Made by a program: the position numbers and the translations under genes. Below, in pieces: positions 38,830-52,419 of a stretch of 64,000 nt of DNA. The DNA is from Eledone cirrhosa (taxonomy: Eukaryota): positions 62,000,001 through 62,064,000 of the forward strand of contig OZ024742.1 of the NCBI GenBank assembly GCA_964016885.1, written 5' to 3'. The notes under the pieces are model-generated. The model worked only from the letters and a program-made list of their open reading frames with translations, did no database searches and had not been told where the DNA came from. Within the stretch, counting starts at the first letter, position 1. Every line of letters begins with the position of its first letter.

Positions 38830-39038
38830 CTTTTTTCCTATCTCTACACCATAACCACCTCCCTCACACCACTGCAACCCCTATTCCCATACACTAACCA
38901 GCTACCCCTGCCACTTACTCATCCCTTACCTCCTACATATTTCTTCATCATAAGTGGCAGGGGTAGCTGGTTAGTGTATGGGGATAGGGGTTGTAGTGGT
39001 GTGAGGGAGGTGGTTGTGGTGTAGAGATAGGAAAAAAG
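38830..39038. repeat. 88-bp inverted repeat with a 33-nt loop
   Basis: Arms 38830-38917 and 38951-39038; three mismatches counted. Confidence 0.93.
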
Positions 39039-40136
39039 ACCACATCCCTCACACTACTACATTCCCATACACTAATCAGCTGCCCTACCCTTTACTCATT
39101 GCCCTGCTAAATCCCCAGAAATACGTATAATTTCATACCTATTTTCCTCCCCAGATATGAGAGAGCTCTAGTTTGGTTCATGACAAACAAGCTCTCTAAT
39201 GATAGTGCCACAAAAATGCACCCAGTACACTTAGTATGGGTAGTTGGTGACAGGAAGAGTACCCCGCTGTAGAAACCATGCCTAAAAGGGTTGAAGGAAC
39301 CTTTTAGTTTGTGTCAAAGATACAACTTCTCTAGTGTTGGTGATCTACACAATAAATGCACCCAGTACATGCTATAAATTTGTTGGTGATAAGGGCATAC
39401 AGCCATAGAAAGCTTGCCAAACAAAGGATTAGGAGGATCCTTCAGTTTGTGTCAAAAAACAACTTCTCTGTACTTGATATGACCATACGTAAGCAGGATA
39501 CAGACCCCCCAGCCTGTCTGGGAGGTGAGTAACCCTGCTTCAATACTGAGTGCCTATGTTAACTTTAGTGGCATGTCTCTGTTGGTTTTACCTTTGATAC
39601 AGTCTCTTTCCAATGCATTCTACACATTCAATAGCCCATCATAACAGAACTTCCATGTTTCTTTTCAATGTCAATAAGAGCGAGTGTGCCATTATGTTTC
39701 TATATGTTTTTGTGTATGTACCTGTAACTCCTGATGGAGTCATAGGGGTGCCACAGTGTCATACATCATTTCTCAAGCCTTTTTTATACCTGCAAAGCCC
39801 ATTTCCTCTCCAGGTTTGAACACAGCCAATTTCTTCCAGAGAAGTAGAGGGAGTGTGATAAAAAGGAAACGAGAAAGAAATACAGTCACAATTAGTTCTA
39901 ATACTGAACTGGTATTTTTATTTATCAACCTCAAAAGGATGAAAGGTAAAATTGACCTCAGCGGAATTTGAAATCAGAGCGCAGAGAGCTGGAACGAATA
40001 CCACAAAACATTCTATCCAACATTCTAACAACTCAGCCAATTCGCCACTTATATCTTTCCATATATAAACACACAAATACACAAGCATCTAAAGACAGCA
40101 TGCTATACACTCTACCATAACAACAAAATTACTTAC

Positions 40137-40223
40137 TTCTTGTAATGTAATAGTGCTTTTCTTCTGAGGTAGCAAATTGTTATTATTTTCGAAGAACATC
40201 CGAACAGTTTCAGCAACATCTCC
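40137..40223 (-). CDS. LIG3: LIG3 coding exon 6
   Basis: tttggcag / gtaagt; GDVAETVRMFFENNNNLLPQKKSTITLQE. Confidence 0.95.
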
Positions 40224-40432
40224 CTGCCAAAAGATCAATCAGTTTATCTACTTTATTGTATTTATCTATTTACGAAAGGGCATGTCGTCGTTATCATCAT
40301 ACATTCCAAGCTCACATGGATTGTACCAGTCTATTTCAGCTCAGCATCTCTCCACTCATCATATTCCTTCATATACATAAATATAAATATATAAATATAC
40401 ATATATCTGTATATATACACATATATATATAT

Positions 40433-40779
40433 GGAGGCACATGGCTTAGTGGTTAGAGCATTGGCCTTGCAATCAAAAGGTTGTGAGTTCAATTCTCAGA
40501 CCGGGTGATGTGTTGTTTCCTTGAGCAAGACACTTTATTTCACATTGCTCCAGTTTACTCAGCTGTAGAAATGAGATGATAGGGACTGGGGTCCATATCA
40601 TTCCACTGCAAAGTGGTCGTGGAGGTGCCACGGCAAAAAAGCACCCAGCACTCACTGTAAATGAGGTTGGTGTTAGGAAGGGCATCCAGCTGTAGAAATC
40701 AAGCCAGAATCAGTTCCCGTCCCACCCTTGCAAGCAGGGAAAAGCGGACGTAAAATGAAATGATGATGATGATGATGAT
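40433..40779 (+). mobile_element. Chimeric CORE-type SINE (RTE-A UTR unit + RTE-C tail)
   Basis: A box tggcttagtgg, B box gagttcaattct, CORE-like segment, junction cccgt at 40716-40720. Confidence 0.9.
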
Positions 40780-40840
40780 AAATACGTATATACCTCTCTC
40801 TCTCTTTTTATATATACATACATATATATATATATATATA

Positions 40841-41524
40841 TATGAATTTTCATAAAATTGTAGTATTCTCAACATGAAGGGTAACTGTAAACAGCTGAAT
40901 ACTATATGTATAGTAAAATGTATAGTAAAATATAACCACATATTGAATGGCGAGTGGGAGAGAAAGGAAGAAAGAAAGTCTAAACCATCAGATGATAAAT
41001 GAGGGGTATATAGAGAGAGGAGGGAAGAGGAAAACATGAATGAGACCGATGGAGCAGAGCTTTTAGAGAATTGCGAAAAAGGATAAAAATATTGGAGAAA
41101 GGATGGAGAAATTAAACTAACAAGAAAATAGAACTTTAGCGTCATATGAAACATCAGCTTCCTTCTAGGCCAACATAGTCTCTCACAGTAGAGGAAGGAC
41201 TATGTATATAAGTCTAGCCCATGCAAAGAACCTAAACTTCTGTTGTTCTGATGCTGGAATAGGGGAAAAAGAGAGCAATGAGGCATGTCTGTACCAAGCC
41301 ATTGTCGACAGGAAAAGAGGCTGTCTGTTATTCTGACAGGAGTAGCAGCAACAGGGGGCGGCAAGAGAGTGAAAGTATCAGCAACAGCAATGGTAAAACA
41401 AGGGAGAAACAAAAATAGATACAGAGGAAAGAGAAACAGAGACAAAATAGGTAGATAGATATAGTATTCAGCTATTTACAGTTACACTTTGTGCTGAGAA
41501 TACTACAATTTTAGGAAAATTCAT
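40841..41524. mobile_element. Element bounded by ~65-bp imperfect inverted repeats; its interior is also inverted-homologous to 41635-41850
   Basis: tatgaattttcataaaattgtagtattctc... versus ...gagaatactacaattttaggaaaattcata. Confidence 0.7.
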
Positions 41525-41916
41525 ATACACTCATTACTTCAAACCTTTTCAATTGATGTTTACATACATAATTTGAGCCATGTTGGCTTCTAAATTGGAT
41601 GGATACAGTGCCAGAGACAGGAAACTCTTTATATCTCTATCTATCTACCTATTTTGTCTCTTTTTCTCCCATCTATTTATTTTTGTTTCTCCCACTTCTG
41701 CCTCTCCTTGTTTTAACCTTTGCTGCTGCTGATACTTCTACTCTCTTGTCACCCACTGCTGCAGCTGTTCCTGTCAGAATAACAGGCAGCTTTTCCTGTA
41801 GACCACGGCTTGGTATAGACGGAATACGCTATTGCTCCCCAATTTTTTTCTCATTTTCCACGTTCTTTCCTCTCACCACTCTTTACTTTCTATTTATTTA
41901 TTTATTTATAACTATC

Positions 41917-42581
41917 AGTAATATACGTGAACGGCAAAGCATAAACGAACTAAGGAAAAAATTAGAGATAAGAGGGATCAGATGTTGTTTACTCGAGAGA
42001 AGGTTGCGTTGGTATGGACACGTGATGCGCATGAAAGTCGATAGCTGTATAACAAAGTGCAGGGCAATAAAGATAGACGGTAGCCACGGAATAGGCAGAC
42101 CTAGAAAAACCTGGGATGAGCTGATAAACTCCGACCTCACACACTTACACCTCTCCAAGACAATGTCACTGGACCGAGACCTTTGGTGATACTCAGTAAC
42201 AGAGAAGACCCGCCTTGCCAGTAGGCATCTCTAACAAAATACACCCCCGTCCCGCCACCACCCCCACCCCATCCACACCACCCCGTTCTATGTAAAGTTA
42301 TGTTGGTGCCGCGCCATCCAGGCCGAAACAAATGAGATCGTGTAGGTGTCACGACAAAAAACACACAGTCCACGCTGTAATGTGGCCGTGTAGCCAACAC
42401 GGTAAAAACCTCCCAGACCCACACTGTAAATGTGGTTGGTGTTAGGAAGGGCATCCAACTGTAGAAAACCTGCCAGACAGTCCTATGCGAGCAAGACAAT
42501 CACTCTTGCCTCAAGTGGGACTACCCCCATCCAAACCCATGCAAGCGTGGAACACGGACGTTAAACGTTGATGATGATGAT
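41917..42581 (+). mobile_element. Young RTE-B 3' fragment
   Basis: Near-identical to 20872-21546; flanked by tatc on both sides. Confidence 0.93.
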
Positions 42582-42582
42582 A

Positions 42583-42618
42583 TCTTCTGATGAAGGACTA
42601 GTGTCTAAAATGTTAAGA
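42583..42618 (+). ncRNA. Decayed minimal hammerhead
   Basis: tctt-CTGATGA-aggac tagt gtct-AAAA-TG-TT-aaga, consistent with CpG decay of gtcc-GAAA-CG-TT. Confidence 0.5.
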
Positions 42619-42729
42619 CTCTCTTCCTGCTATTTTAAGCGTTAAACTAATATATTTCTTCCATGTAATGTGCCGTTTCTTTTGTTATTTTAGTTATTTG
42701 TGTTTACCTTTTACATATATAAATAATTT

Positions 42730-43435
42730 GTCAATCGACTTTCGTCAATGTTTCCGTTGGTCTTTCCAATTGCTAATAATATCTATCGGTCACAACTCCA
42801 GGTAGAAGGACCAATGTGAAATAAAGTGTCTTGCTCAAGGACATAACGCATCACCCGGTCCAGGAATCAAACTCACAACCTCACATCATCATCATCATCA
42901 TTTTACGTCTGCTTTTCCCTGCTTGCAAGGGTGGGACGGGAACTGATTCTGGCTTGATTTCTACAGCTGGATGCCCTTCCTAAAACCAACCTCATTTACA
43001 GTGAGTGATGGGTGCTTTTTTGCCGTGGCACCTCCACGACCACTTTATAGTGGAATGATAGGGACCCCTGTCCCTATCATCTCATTTCTACAGCTGAGTA
43101 AACTGGAGCAATATGAAATACACATCACCCGGTCTTAGAATTGAACTCACAACCTTTCGATTGCAAGGCCAATGCTCTAACCACTAAGCCATGATATACA
43201 GATATATATATACCACAGGCATGTGCACACTTAACGTAGTTCTCAGAAAGATTTAGTGTGACCGTATGAGCAGTCTGGTCATTTGAAATATGGCCACAAC
43301 TTTTTGTCTGCTACGTAGACTGGAGCAATGTGAAATAAAGTTTCTTGTGCAAGCACACAATCCACCATGAGAAATCGAATTTACAACCTTATAATTGAGC
43401 TGAACAGCTTGATGAGTAGGCCACATGCCTTCACA
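42730..43435 (-). mobile_element. Cluster of three CORE-type SINEs (42730-42883, 42884-43192, 43215-43435)
   Basis: Shared ggagcaatgtgaaataaagtgtcttgctcaagg segment with different bodies; a further copy at 47810-48064. Confidence 0.8.
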
Positions 43436-43516
43436 CACAGATCTGCTTGATCGAGACAGAAACTTGTACTACACATCAATAACAATTTGAAAACAATAGA
43501 TATAACTGTTTGCTAC

Positions 43517-43561
43517 CTGTTCTAAGTCTTCCACCATTTCTTCAAGGCTTTGACCAAAAAT
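43517..43561 (-). CDS. LIG3: LIG3 coding exon 5 (45 nt)
   Basis: tttaatag / gtagca; IFGQSLEEMVEDLEQ. Confidence 0.9.
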
Positions 43562-44915
43562 CTATTAAAAAAATAATGAAATATATATCAGAATGGGACA
43601 GTTAAAACGTGATATTTATAAGACAAGTGAAAACTATGTGATTCATATACATATATATAAAGTTAGTTCCACAATAAATAAACTCGAGGACGCGCTGGCT
43701 GCAGTGAGAACAGAAGTGTATATGAGCTGACTGAATTCTGCACAACAGTTTGGTGACAAGGGAGACAACTCAAATTAGACTAATAAGAGGGAGACAATTT
43801 TCGTTTCAGTTAGTTCAGTCTGCGTAAGATTTATGCTAATCCAGGGTCTTTCCAGTTACATAACAGATACTTCACAACTTGGGGGCAATGATTTTAAAAA
43901 ATTGGCACTTGTGTTAAGGCAAGTACTATTACATAACCTCTGCAAGATATTCACTCTTTTGTCACTATACAGCTTACAGGACATTGCTCCATTTCCGTAT
44001 GGCCTGAATTTGACCACAACTTTCCATTGAATGAAAGAATTCACATTTGTCTATTTGAGTGACCATATGTGGCTTGCCAATTTCATGGATGATCATTTAT
44101 CCTAGTGTCTAAAAGTCGTCTGATGGTCCTGCAACCACAATTACAGTGTGGAACTGGATCGCACCACTACGAGGAGGGACAGGCCAGTTGGCCACGCTGA
44201 AGCCTTCACACAGCAGAACCAAAGTTCAGGAGCCACAGCCACATTTACAGTGTGGAACTAGATGGTACTGCTATGAGGAAGGACAGGCCAGTTGGCCATT
44301 CCAAACCATTCTCACAGTGGAACCATAGTTTGGGAGCCACAACCACATTTGCAGTTTTGAACTGGATCGCACCTGGAGCTGGGCATTTGCATCATGACCT
44401 TGTTGTGACCTTTTTTTTATTATATTACTTATCAGCCAGTGATATTTGGTGCTACGACTGGGGGGTGGGTTGGTAGGCAGAATATTAGTGGTGCAGGTCT
44501 TAGTGTTAAGAGTTAGTGATGCATGTGTTGGTGGTGCAAATATTACCTGTTGGGATGGACAGGACTGAAATTACACATAGGGGTGTTGGGTGAGTAGGTT
44601 ATGTAGCTAGGTTGCCAGGATGTCATTCTTCTATGTTTTTATTGGACTATGCTATAATAATGAGTGGGTGAGGGATGGCAGGATGGGTTTAAGAGATTTC
44701 AAGACATGATTTACATGAAATACTAAATTATAAAAATTATCGAAAGGGTTATGTGAAATTAAATTATAAAAATGTGATAGAGATAATTCAGTTTAACTGT
44801 GAATTTTGTAGTAAATCCAAAATATGACCTGGCATGAAGGAGGGAGGGCAGATTTATTTGGCTACAGTGGCATGAAGAAAGGGGTTGGTGATGGCAAAGC
44901 ACTTACAGAAGTAAA

Positions 44916-46470
44916 TTTAAGACATTTCCATGCTTGCATGGGTTGGACACGTCCTTCTAAGCACGGCATCTCTCCACCTGTCGCTGTCATTCATCATCTC
45001 CTCTGCCAGTCTTAGCGATTTAAGGTCAGCTCTCACAACCTCTGCCCAGGTCTTTCTTGGTCGTCCTCTACTGCGGCTTCCTTCCACTGAGATTTCTTGA
45101 CATTTCTTCACCCAACAGTCTGTCTGCACATCACATGTCCATACCAACACAATCTTCTCGCCTGCACATCATCTCAGATTCTCCTTAAGCCCAGTTTCTC
45201 CCTCAGCACTTACAAGCTCTTTCTCTCACATTTACATTGCACATCCAACAAAACATGGTTGCTTCATTTCTCTCCAGCCTACTCATGTCCCCTGCAGTCA
45301 GGACCAAATCATCTGCATAGAGAAGTTCTGATGGGCAGCACATTTTAAACTGGCCTGAAGAACTATGATGAACAGCAGTGGGCTAGGAACTGAACTTTAA
45401 ACTCCTACCTGTACCTTGAATTCTTCACTAAACTCATTTCCTACTCTCACTTTACTGACAGCTCCTGTGTACATAGCTTGCACTACTCTGACAAGCTATT
45501 CTTCAACACCTAATTTCCTAAAGGACCACCAGATAATAGATCAAAGTACTCAGTCAAAGGCCTTCTCTAGATCAACAAAAGCTAAATATAGTGACTTACT
45601 TTTGGCTAGGAACTTCTCTTGTAATTTCCTCACTAAGGCATCTGTAGCACTTTACTAAGGCATGAAACCAAACTGCATCTCATCTATTTTCACTCTTTTC
45701 CTAATTAGCTGTGCTATAACTCTTTCTGTCACTCTCATAACTTGGTCCATTAGTTGCTCTGTAGTTGCTCCTTTCTAGAGCATCACCTTTGCCCTTGTAG
45801 CAATTTATGATTGTACTGCTGCGTCAGTCATTGTGTATGACTGTCTTGTATTACTTGATTTACTATATGGGTTACTAGTTTGACTCCTACCTCTCCCAAT
45901 GCTTTTAGCATCTCAGTAACTATTTCCGATGGCCCCACTACTCTACCATTCTTCATCTCCTTGATTACATCTTTGACCCTAAAACTATCAAGTTCAATAG
46001 CTGGTCGATATATAAAATAAATAGCATTGTCCAGGAGGTGGCTAATGAGAAAGATAGATGTTATTGCTCATTCGTCCCATCTATTTTGCTTGGTTTTTTT
46101 TTTCCATGTGGATGAAGGAGTGCTATAAGTTCCTTCTTTGATTAACTAACTATTTACTTACTAACACAAAAACTTTCATTCTCTCTCTATCTCTCTCACA
46201 CACACCAACACCCTTTTTCTCTCTCATTCCTCTTTTTTTACAAAAGTTTATATATATTTCCCTCCTTCCAGCAGTACCATGTCTACTGAAATCACCAGTT
46301 GTGATTATAAAGTCACCATCACTTGTTAAAGAAGTAGTCGACATAAGTCTTATTAAAGTAGACTTTCAGTTCATCAGTTAGTCTTGATTGTGATGTGTAT
46401 GCAGAGATAACTGTCACAGTTGTCTTGCCTAGAACCAGTTTCAGCTTAATGATTGAGAGAATTTATTGAT
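44916..46470 (-). mobile_element. Degenerate RTE-C-like LINE
   Basis: RT, C-terminal and APE fragments on minus (ORFs 44917-45150, 46150-46344). Confidence 0.82.
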
Positions 46471-47178
46471 AAAAAAAGAAACATATTTTTATTAGTTTTA
46501 TTAAAGGTCTTGTGCAACCAATACCTACATCTTACAGGCAATCCTTACTACTCTCCAGCTAGTTTCATTTAAGAAGCTTTTAAAAAGATCATAGACATTG
46601 TCTTTCCCTCTCTCACAAAACAGTAAAAAAATTATAATAATCTATAATGTTTGACCCTTTCGATACCAATTTGCTTGAAACTACTCCTGGTGTTCTATGA
46701 TACAAACCTGTTTGTTTTAGAGGTTTATCATCATCATATTTATCTAAAGACATTCCTTTATAATTTTATGTAAAAACATTATGTAAAGTTATATTCCATA
46801 CACCATCATAAATTTTATGTCCACTTTTTCATGCTAGCATGGATTGGATGGGATGTTTTGAGATAATCTTTTACAGCCAGATTCCCTTCCAGACACCAAC
46901 CCCTTTAGCCATCTCTTACAACATGCAGGGCTACTCCATACCTATTCTAAATACCAGGATACACATAGGATTTATCCTACGCAGGGATATAATGTAGCTA
47001 TTCTAAATACCAATGTACACACACCATCTGAATAATAAGATAGTTATATTACTAAATCCCCACAAATTCTTCATTATGTTAAAAATGATTTAAAAATCAT
47101 AGGCAGTGTCTCTCATTAGAAATATGGTAAACCAAAGGCTTAACTGACGAAGACAAAAATGTGGAAACAATATTTTAC

Positions 47179-47285
47179 CTGACTAAATAACTTGACAAGT
47201 TGTTTGCTATTCAGATTGTAAACACTTTTTACAACTCCCGGTAGAAGAAGTTTCAACCATAGATATGTATCTCCAGAAAAACCAT
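47179..47285 (-). CDS. LIG3: LIG3 coding exon 4
   Basis: ttttcag / gtaaaa; DGFSGDTYLWLKLLLPGVVKSVYNLNSKQLVKLFSQ, phase 1-0. Confidence 0.95.
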
Positions 47286-48811
47286 CTGAAAAAATTCACA
47301 GGTGGAAAAAAGGTTTCATTAATTATTATTACTAGCTGACCCTATGGAAATTCCACTGTACAATTAAAACCTGTAGCAGTGGAGCCATCCAGCATTCTCA
47401 GCCCTCAGTTCACCTACCTAATCACTACTATTGAGGTGGAATTGGCACTATGCAGGAGCGAGCCACGCTAGTTGGAAAGATTATTCTGTGTCTCTCTCTG
47501 GATGTTTTCTCCATTCTATCTGCTGGGACCATGAGGTAGCTCACACATGGGCTACCATACACTGAACATTCCCTCACTGTGCCTTGACCCACATCACTGG
47601 GGAAGCAATGCTGAGTTGTATAGACCCCTAATAAGATTTTTTCTTGCTTTTTATAGAGTGTTCCATACACATACAATCAACAAAACTGCAAGATGTTCAA
47701 TTAGAAATAACCACCAAGTATTAAAGATCAATATGGAATTTTAAATGTTTAATTTTTTAGTTATATGTTGTTGAATCCATCAGTTCCAACAAGTCTTCCA
47801 ATTATATCATCAACAGAACAGCCTGTTTGTGAAATTAACAGGCAAGTAGCTGAGCATTCCACAGCCACATATACTCTTAATATAGTTCTCAGGGTGATTC
47901 TACATGATATAATGTATGTGATAAGGATAGACTTTCAGTTACAGCTCAGTAGACTGGTGCAACATGAAATACAGTGTCATGGACACAATGTTTCAATGGG
48001 AATAGAACTCACAACCTTACTGTCATGACAAAAGCCCCCAAGCCACTTAGCCACATGCCTTCACAGGTTATATATTTATATATACACTGATATTCTACCT
48101 ATTTTAGGTAGGACTTGTAAGTAGTGTGGATATGAATATCCCAACTGATTTGGGCTACACTATTTATATCTTTCTAATAAAAGATTCCTCTTCCTCTTTC
48201 TGATGAAAACTGTGAGATGGATGTGTTATATCGGGGGTAATAATATGGAGTTACATAACTACTATCGATCAGTCAATATATCAATATTATGATTAATTAA
48301 ATGATTATAAAATAATTAATTCAGCACTGAACCTCATCTTTTTGTTTTCATTGTTTAACACACACACATATATATGTATGCACACCCACACAAATAATAT
48401 AATTGCCCAAAATTTAATTTAAAAAATTATTTTGATATTCCCACAAGAAAGAGAGAGAAAGAGAGTGACAGACAGACAGACAAAGTGATAGAAATTATAG
48501 ATTTACTACGCTTTCAGAACATCCACTTCCACTGTTACTGAGGTCATCACCATGGTAACAGATTCTGTCAATATCTCCCCTAAAGGCCACGCTCCCCATA
48601 TACCATCCCATTCCAAACATGTATCCACTCAACGCTTTCCACTTTTTATTCTGTCTCTTTGTCACTGAACATTCAGTCTTGTTTAATGATCCTGTGAGTA
48701 CACGGGTGAAACTCTGGAGTAACAAAACTCAACACTTAACTGTAATTATATAATAAAGAATATATATACACACACACAAACATATATATATATACACACA
48801 CACACAAACGA

Positions 48812-49523
48812 TTTGTGTTGGACGAAGCACGTCTCTAAAATTGTCAAGAGGGCCCAGTGTGTCTTAGCATCACTCAGCAAGACCTTTGTCAGCCGCTCTC
48901 CAGCTATCTATTTAAGGCTGTACATTGCTATGGTGCGGCCACACTTAGAATTTGCATCACCAGTTTGGAACCCCTATCTTGCTCAGAACATTGACCGCCT
49001 GGAAACTGTTCAGAGACGTGCAACCAAGCGAATACCCTCCATCAAGCATCTACCATACTGAGTGCCTTGCTTCCCTGAGCATGGATACATTGAAGCTCCA
49101 ACGCCTGGCAACTGACTTGGTAAACACCCACAAAATTGTTAACCATCTTGCCAACAACAGTCCTGAGTACCTTTTTGATTTCCATGTGTCTAACACACGT
49201 GGGCATGCCCACAAAGTCAGAAAACAGTACAGTTCCCATGACTTTCGGAAACATTTTTTCACACTCAGAGTTGCTGAAGCATGGAACAAACTACCTGCAT
49301 CGGTTGTTAGCTGTCGAGACACTGCATCCTTTAAGGCTTCCATGCTTCCCGAGATTCGCCAACACTACACCTAATGTTCCCCCTCCATACACATACACAC
49401 ATGTATATCATGACTCATACACTATTCACTTCCCTGACATTTGTGTATTATTCTATGTACTATACATGCACCTTTGACGAATTGTAGTGCACCTGAGCAC
49501 TACACAATAATTTCATTATTATT
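48812..49523 (+). mobile_element. CR1-group LINE 3' fragment
   Basis: LYIAMVRPHLEFASPVWNPY, NTRGH, FFTLRVAEAWNKLP; (ATT)n tail. Confidence 0.88.
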
Positions 49524-49939
49524 ATATATATATACATATATACACACCAGGGGCAAAGGGTGTGTGCATGCAACGCATGCAGTGCGTGCGTTATAGAATC
49601 TTGAGTTGATCAATTGCATCGGTTGAAGCAAGCATAATTTTGGCTGCTTGCTAAAAAGATAACACACAGACACACACAAACACACGACAGCGTCGGTTGA
49701 AACAAGCATAATTTTGGCTGCTTGCTAAATCGTAGACACATAAAAAGATAACACACACTAGATAACACTGCGTGCGGCTTTGATCTGGGGGGGGGGGGGG
49801 TCATTTAGAGGGAATTGGGAGGGGAGGAGGGGGTAAGGCTGCACAGCCCCACTTTCCGCCATGGCGATTGGACTGCATGCCCTGCTTTCCAGGTTACCCT
49901 TTGCCACTGATACACACACATATACACCATCATATATGT

Positions 49940-49980
<41 letters not shown>

Positions 49981-50239
49981 ATCTTTTTCGCTGTTTTTCT
50001 CTTTTCTTCCCTTTTCCCTTCTATTTCCCTTCCCTCTCTCCTCTGTTTTCCCAATAACTTACCCAGTTATTGAACGCTCTGGGGGTAGATATATTGTCTT
50101 TAAAGCGTTGAAATATCCGAGATCCCCAGTAGAAAACTAATGAGGAAAACTCCCTCTCCTCCCCCCTCTTGCTTTCTTCTTATTCTCATTCCATTTTTAA
50201 GCCTACCTTAACTAGCAACTACACAGCCAATCCTATTCT

Positions 50240-50272
<33 letters not shown>

Positions 50273-50651
50273 TTTTTACTGCTAACTAGTCTGGTGCATT
50301 TGAAAAAACTCATGTTAAGTTTTAATTTGTGTGATAACTGAACAAAGGGATATCATTCAAAATGACTGTTGTGTGTCCAAATAAAGCAAATTAATAATTT
50401 GAAGGATAAAAAATACATTTTAGAAATTGAAAAACCACACAATTTCTTGCTTGTATTTAGTAGGCTGTTTATCCAAAGTGAATGACAGCAGGGTATTGGG
50501 AGGGAAGGAAACATTTATCCCCGTTAGTCAACATATCTAATACCAGGTCAACCCCAAATATAAGAGGAAGAGACGACAGACTGACAAACAGAGAAAGAGG
50601 GCGAGAGAGAGATACAGAAATACAATACAGGGTAGCAGTATTAATATTTAC

Positions 50652-50849
50652 CTCCAGAAGAACCTTTAGTCAACATATCTGACACTAACTGAGTCTTTCC
50701 CAGATATGTGTTCTCCTCAGCAATTTTGGCACAAAGTTGGCGGAAACATCGGAACGCGTCATCTTTGCTGCCACCACCACCACCTTTCTTAGTTCCTTTA
50801 CTTTCACTTTCAGTATTGTTACTGGGCAGCGGTGGAGGAGGCTTGCTTT
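50652..50849 (-). CDS. LIG3: LIG3 coding exon 3
   Basis: catttcag / gtaaat; 198 nt; ESKPPPP...KDDAFRCFRQLCAKIAEENTYLGKTQLV..MLTKGSSG, start of the DNA-binding domain. Confidence 0.93.
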
Positions 50850-51489
50850 CTGAAATGGAATTAAAAGAATAGCTAAGACAGTCACATACACACACATCAT
50901 CATTCAACGTCTATTTTTCATGCTTGCATAGGTTAGACAGGTTGTCAAGCCTGGTTAGGTGAACATGTCTTGTTAATCCAAATCTATTTTTGGCTTGGTT
51001 TTCTAAGGCTGGATACCCTTCCTAGTGCCAATATTCCAACAAAAAAGTAATATGATTACTATTATTAATACCTTCAGTATCTTTATCTTTAATCATGTTA
51101 CTTCTATTACTATCAATTTCTATATATGTCAGCTTGAAAATAGTATTCAGCTATCCTAAAAATAAAATTAGTTTCCTGATTTTTTTCATAGATAGAATTT
51201 GTACTTCCCACTTCATTAATGACGTAATTCTCCCTACATACATTTCACCACATTTCAAGGGAATGTCTTTACACATTACCATCATGTCTTTATATTTTCC
51301 AAAGGCAATATCTGGTTGTAATTTTCTTGTGTCCACAGACTGATATTTTACAGTTACAGAAGATACCACTTTAACTTTGCGATAGACAAGCATCCTGTCC
51401 TGGAGAAAGTCTTGTACGCTCGGTCACTTTACATCATGGAAACCAGGATAACACTGGCCTGATGAGCATTCATATATACATACATATAC

Positions 51490-51933
51490 CATCACTGTTT
51501 AACATCCATTTTTCCACTCTAGCATGGATTAGAGGAGATGTCCCATAGTGAGACAAGTTAGATCAGGTGACTGTGTCTTACTCATATAGAACTGTTTCTG
51601 GATTGTTTTCTATGGCTGCATGCCCAACCACATTTACAATGTAGATTTCATCGTGTCACCAGCACAACCATCTTACAAGGGGGACTGAGTGCTTTTTGTT
51701 ATGTCACCAACATGACCACTTTAAAGGGTTGACTGGGTGCTTTGTCTTGTCAACTTGACCACTTTATAAGATTATATATTGGTGTTAGGAAGAGCACCCA
51801 GCTGTAGAAACCATGCCATAATAAAGAACGTATGAACAAGACGTAGCTATCCGACCATGTGTTATATCAGACAGTGATTACTTGTCCAATTCATGTCAGC
51901 AAGGAAAGGAGATGTAAAAATCTTGATGATGAT
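51490..51933. mobile_element. Old head-to-head RTE 3'UTR/tail pair
   Basis: Minus tail from 51490, plus tail ending gatgatgat at 51933; junction near 51775. Confidence 0.65.
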
Positions 51934-52153
51934 ACATGTAACAGGCTTCCTATAGTTTCTATCTACCAAATTCTCTTTCCCAAAGCATTGGTAAATCTAA
52001 TGTAAAAGATACTTGCCCAAAAGTGCCATACAGTGAGATTATATCCAAAGCCACATGGCTGTGAAGTGAACTTCTAAATCATACAGCCATGCCTCCACTC
52101 AGTAATATAACAAAACATTTAATGATTTAACAAGAGAAAACCTGATTTCTTAC

Positions 52154-52279
52154 CCTTTACTTCAGCAGAAGGCTTCTTTTTCTCTTCCTTTTTATGAGGA
52201 GTGGAACTAGTAGCTACTTTACTGCTGGTAGTGCTGGTACCAGAGCGTTTCCTTTTGTTTTGGGGGTTATTGAAGAAGT
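52154..52279 (-). CDS. LIG3: LIG3 coding exon 2 (basic, low-complexity linker)
   Basis: ttttcag / gtaaga; 126 nt, phase 1-1; (D)FFNNPQNKRKRSGTSTTSSKVATSSTPHKKEEKKKPSAEVK. Confidence 0.8.
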
Positions 52280-52419
52280 CTGAAAAGTAAAAGAAATCAA
52301 AAAATCCAAAATATAATTTTCATTATATATGTAAACCCCCACTGTTCCTGTCTATTGTATTGTCCCCTATATGTAGGCCCCTGTGGCCAATAAAGAAATG
52401 ATTATTATTATTATTACCT

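Noticed and set aside
47144-47175. CTGACGA...GAAA next to the exon 4 donor
   Set aside because: No convincing stem I, II or III pairing
51370-51468. gaaacc...cctgatgag as a type II hammerhead
   Set aside because: Stems do not close; more likely an old SINE fragment
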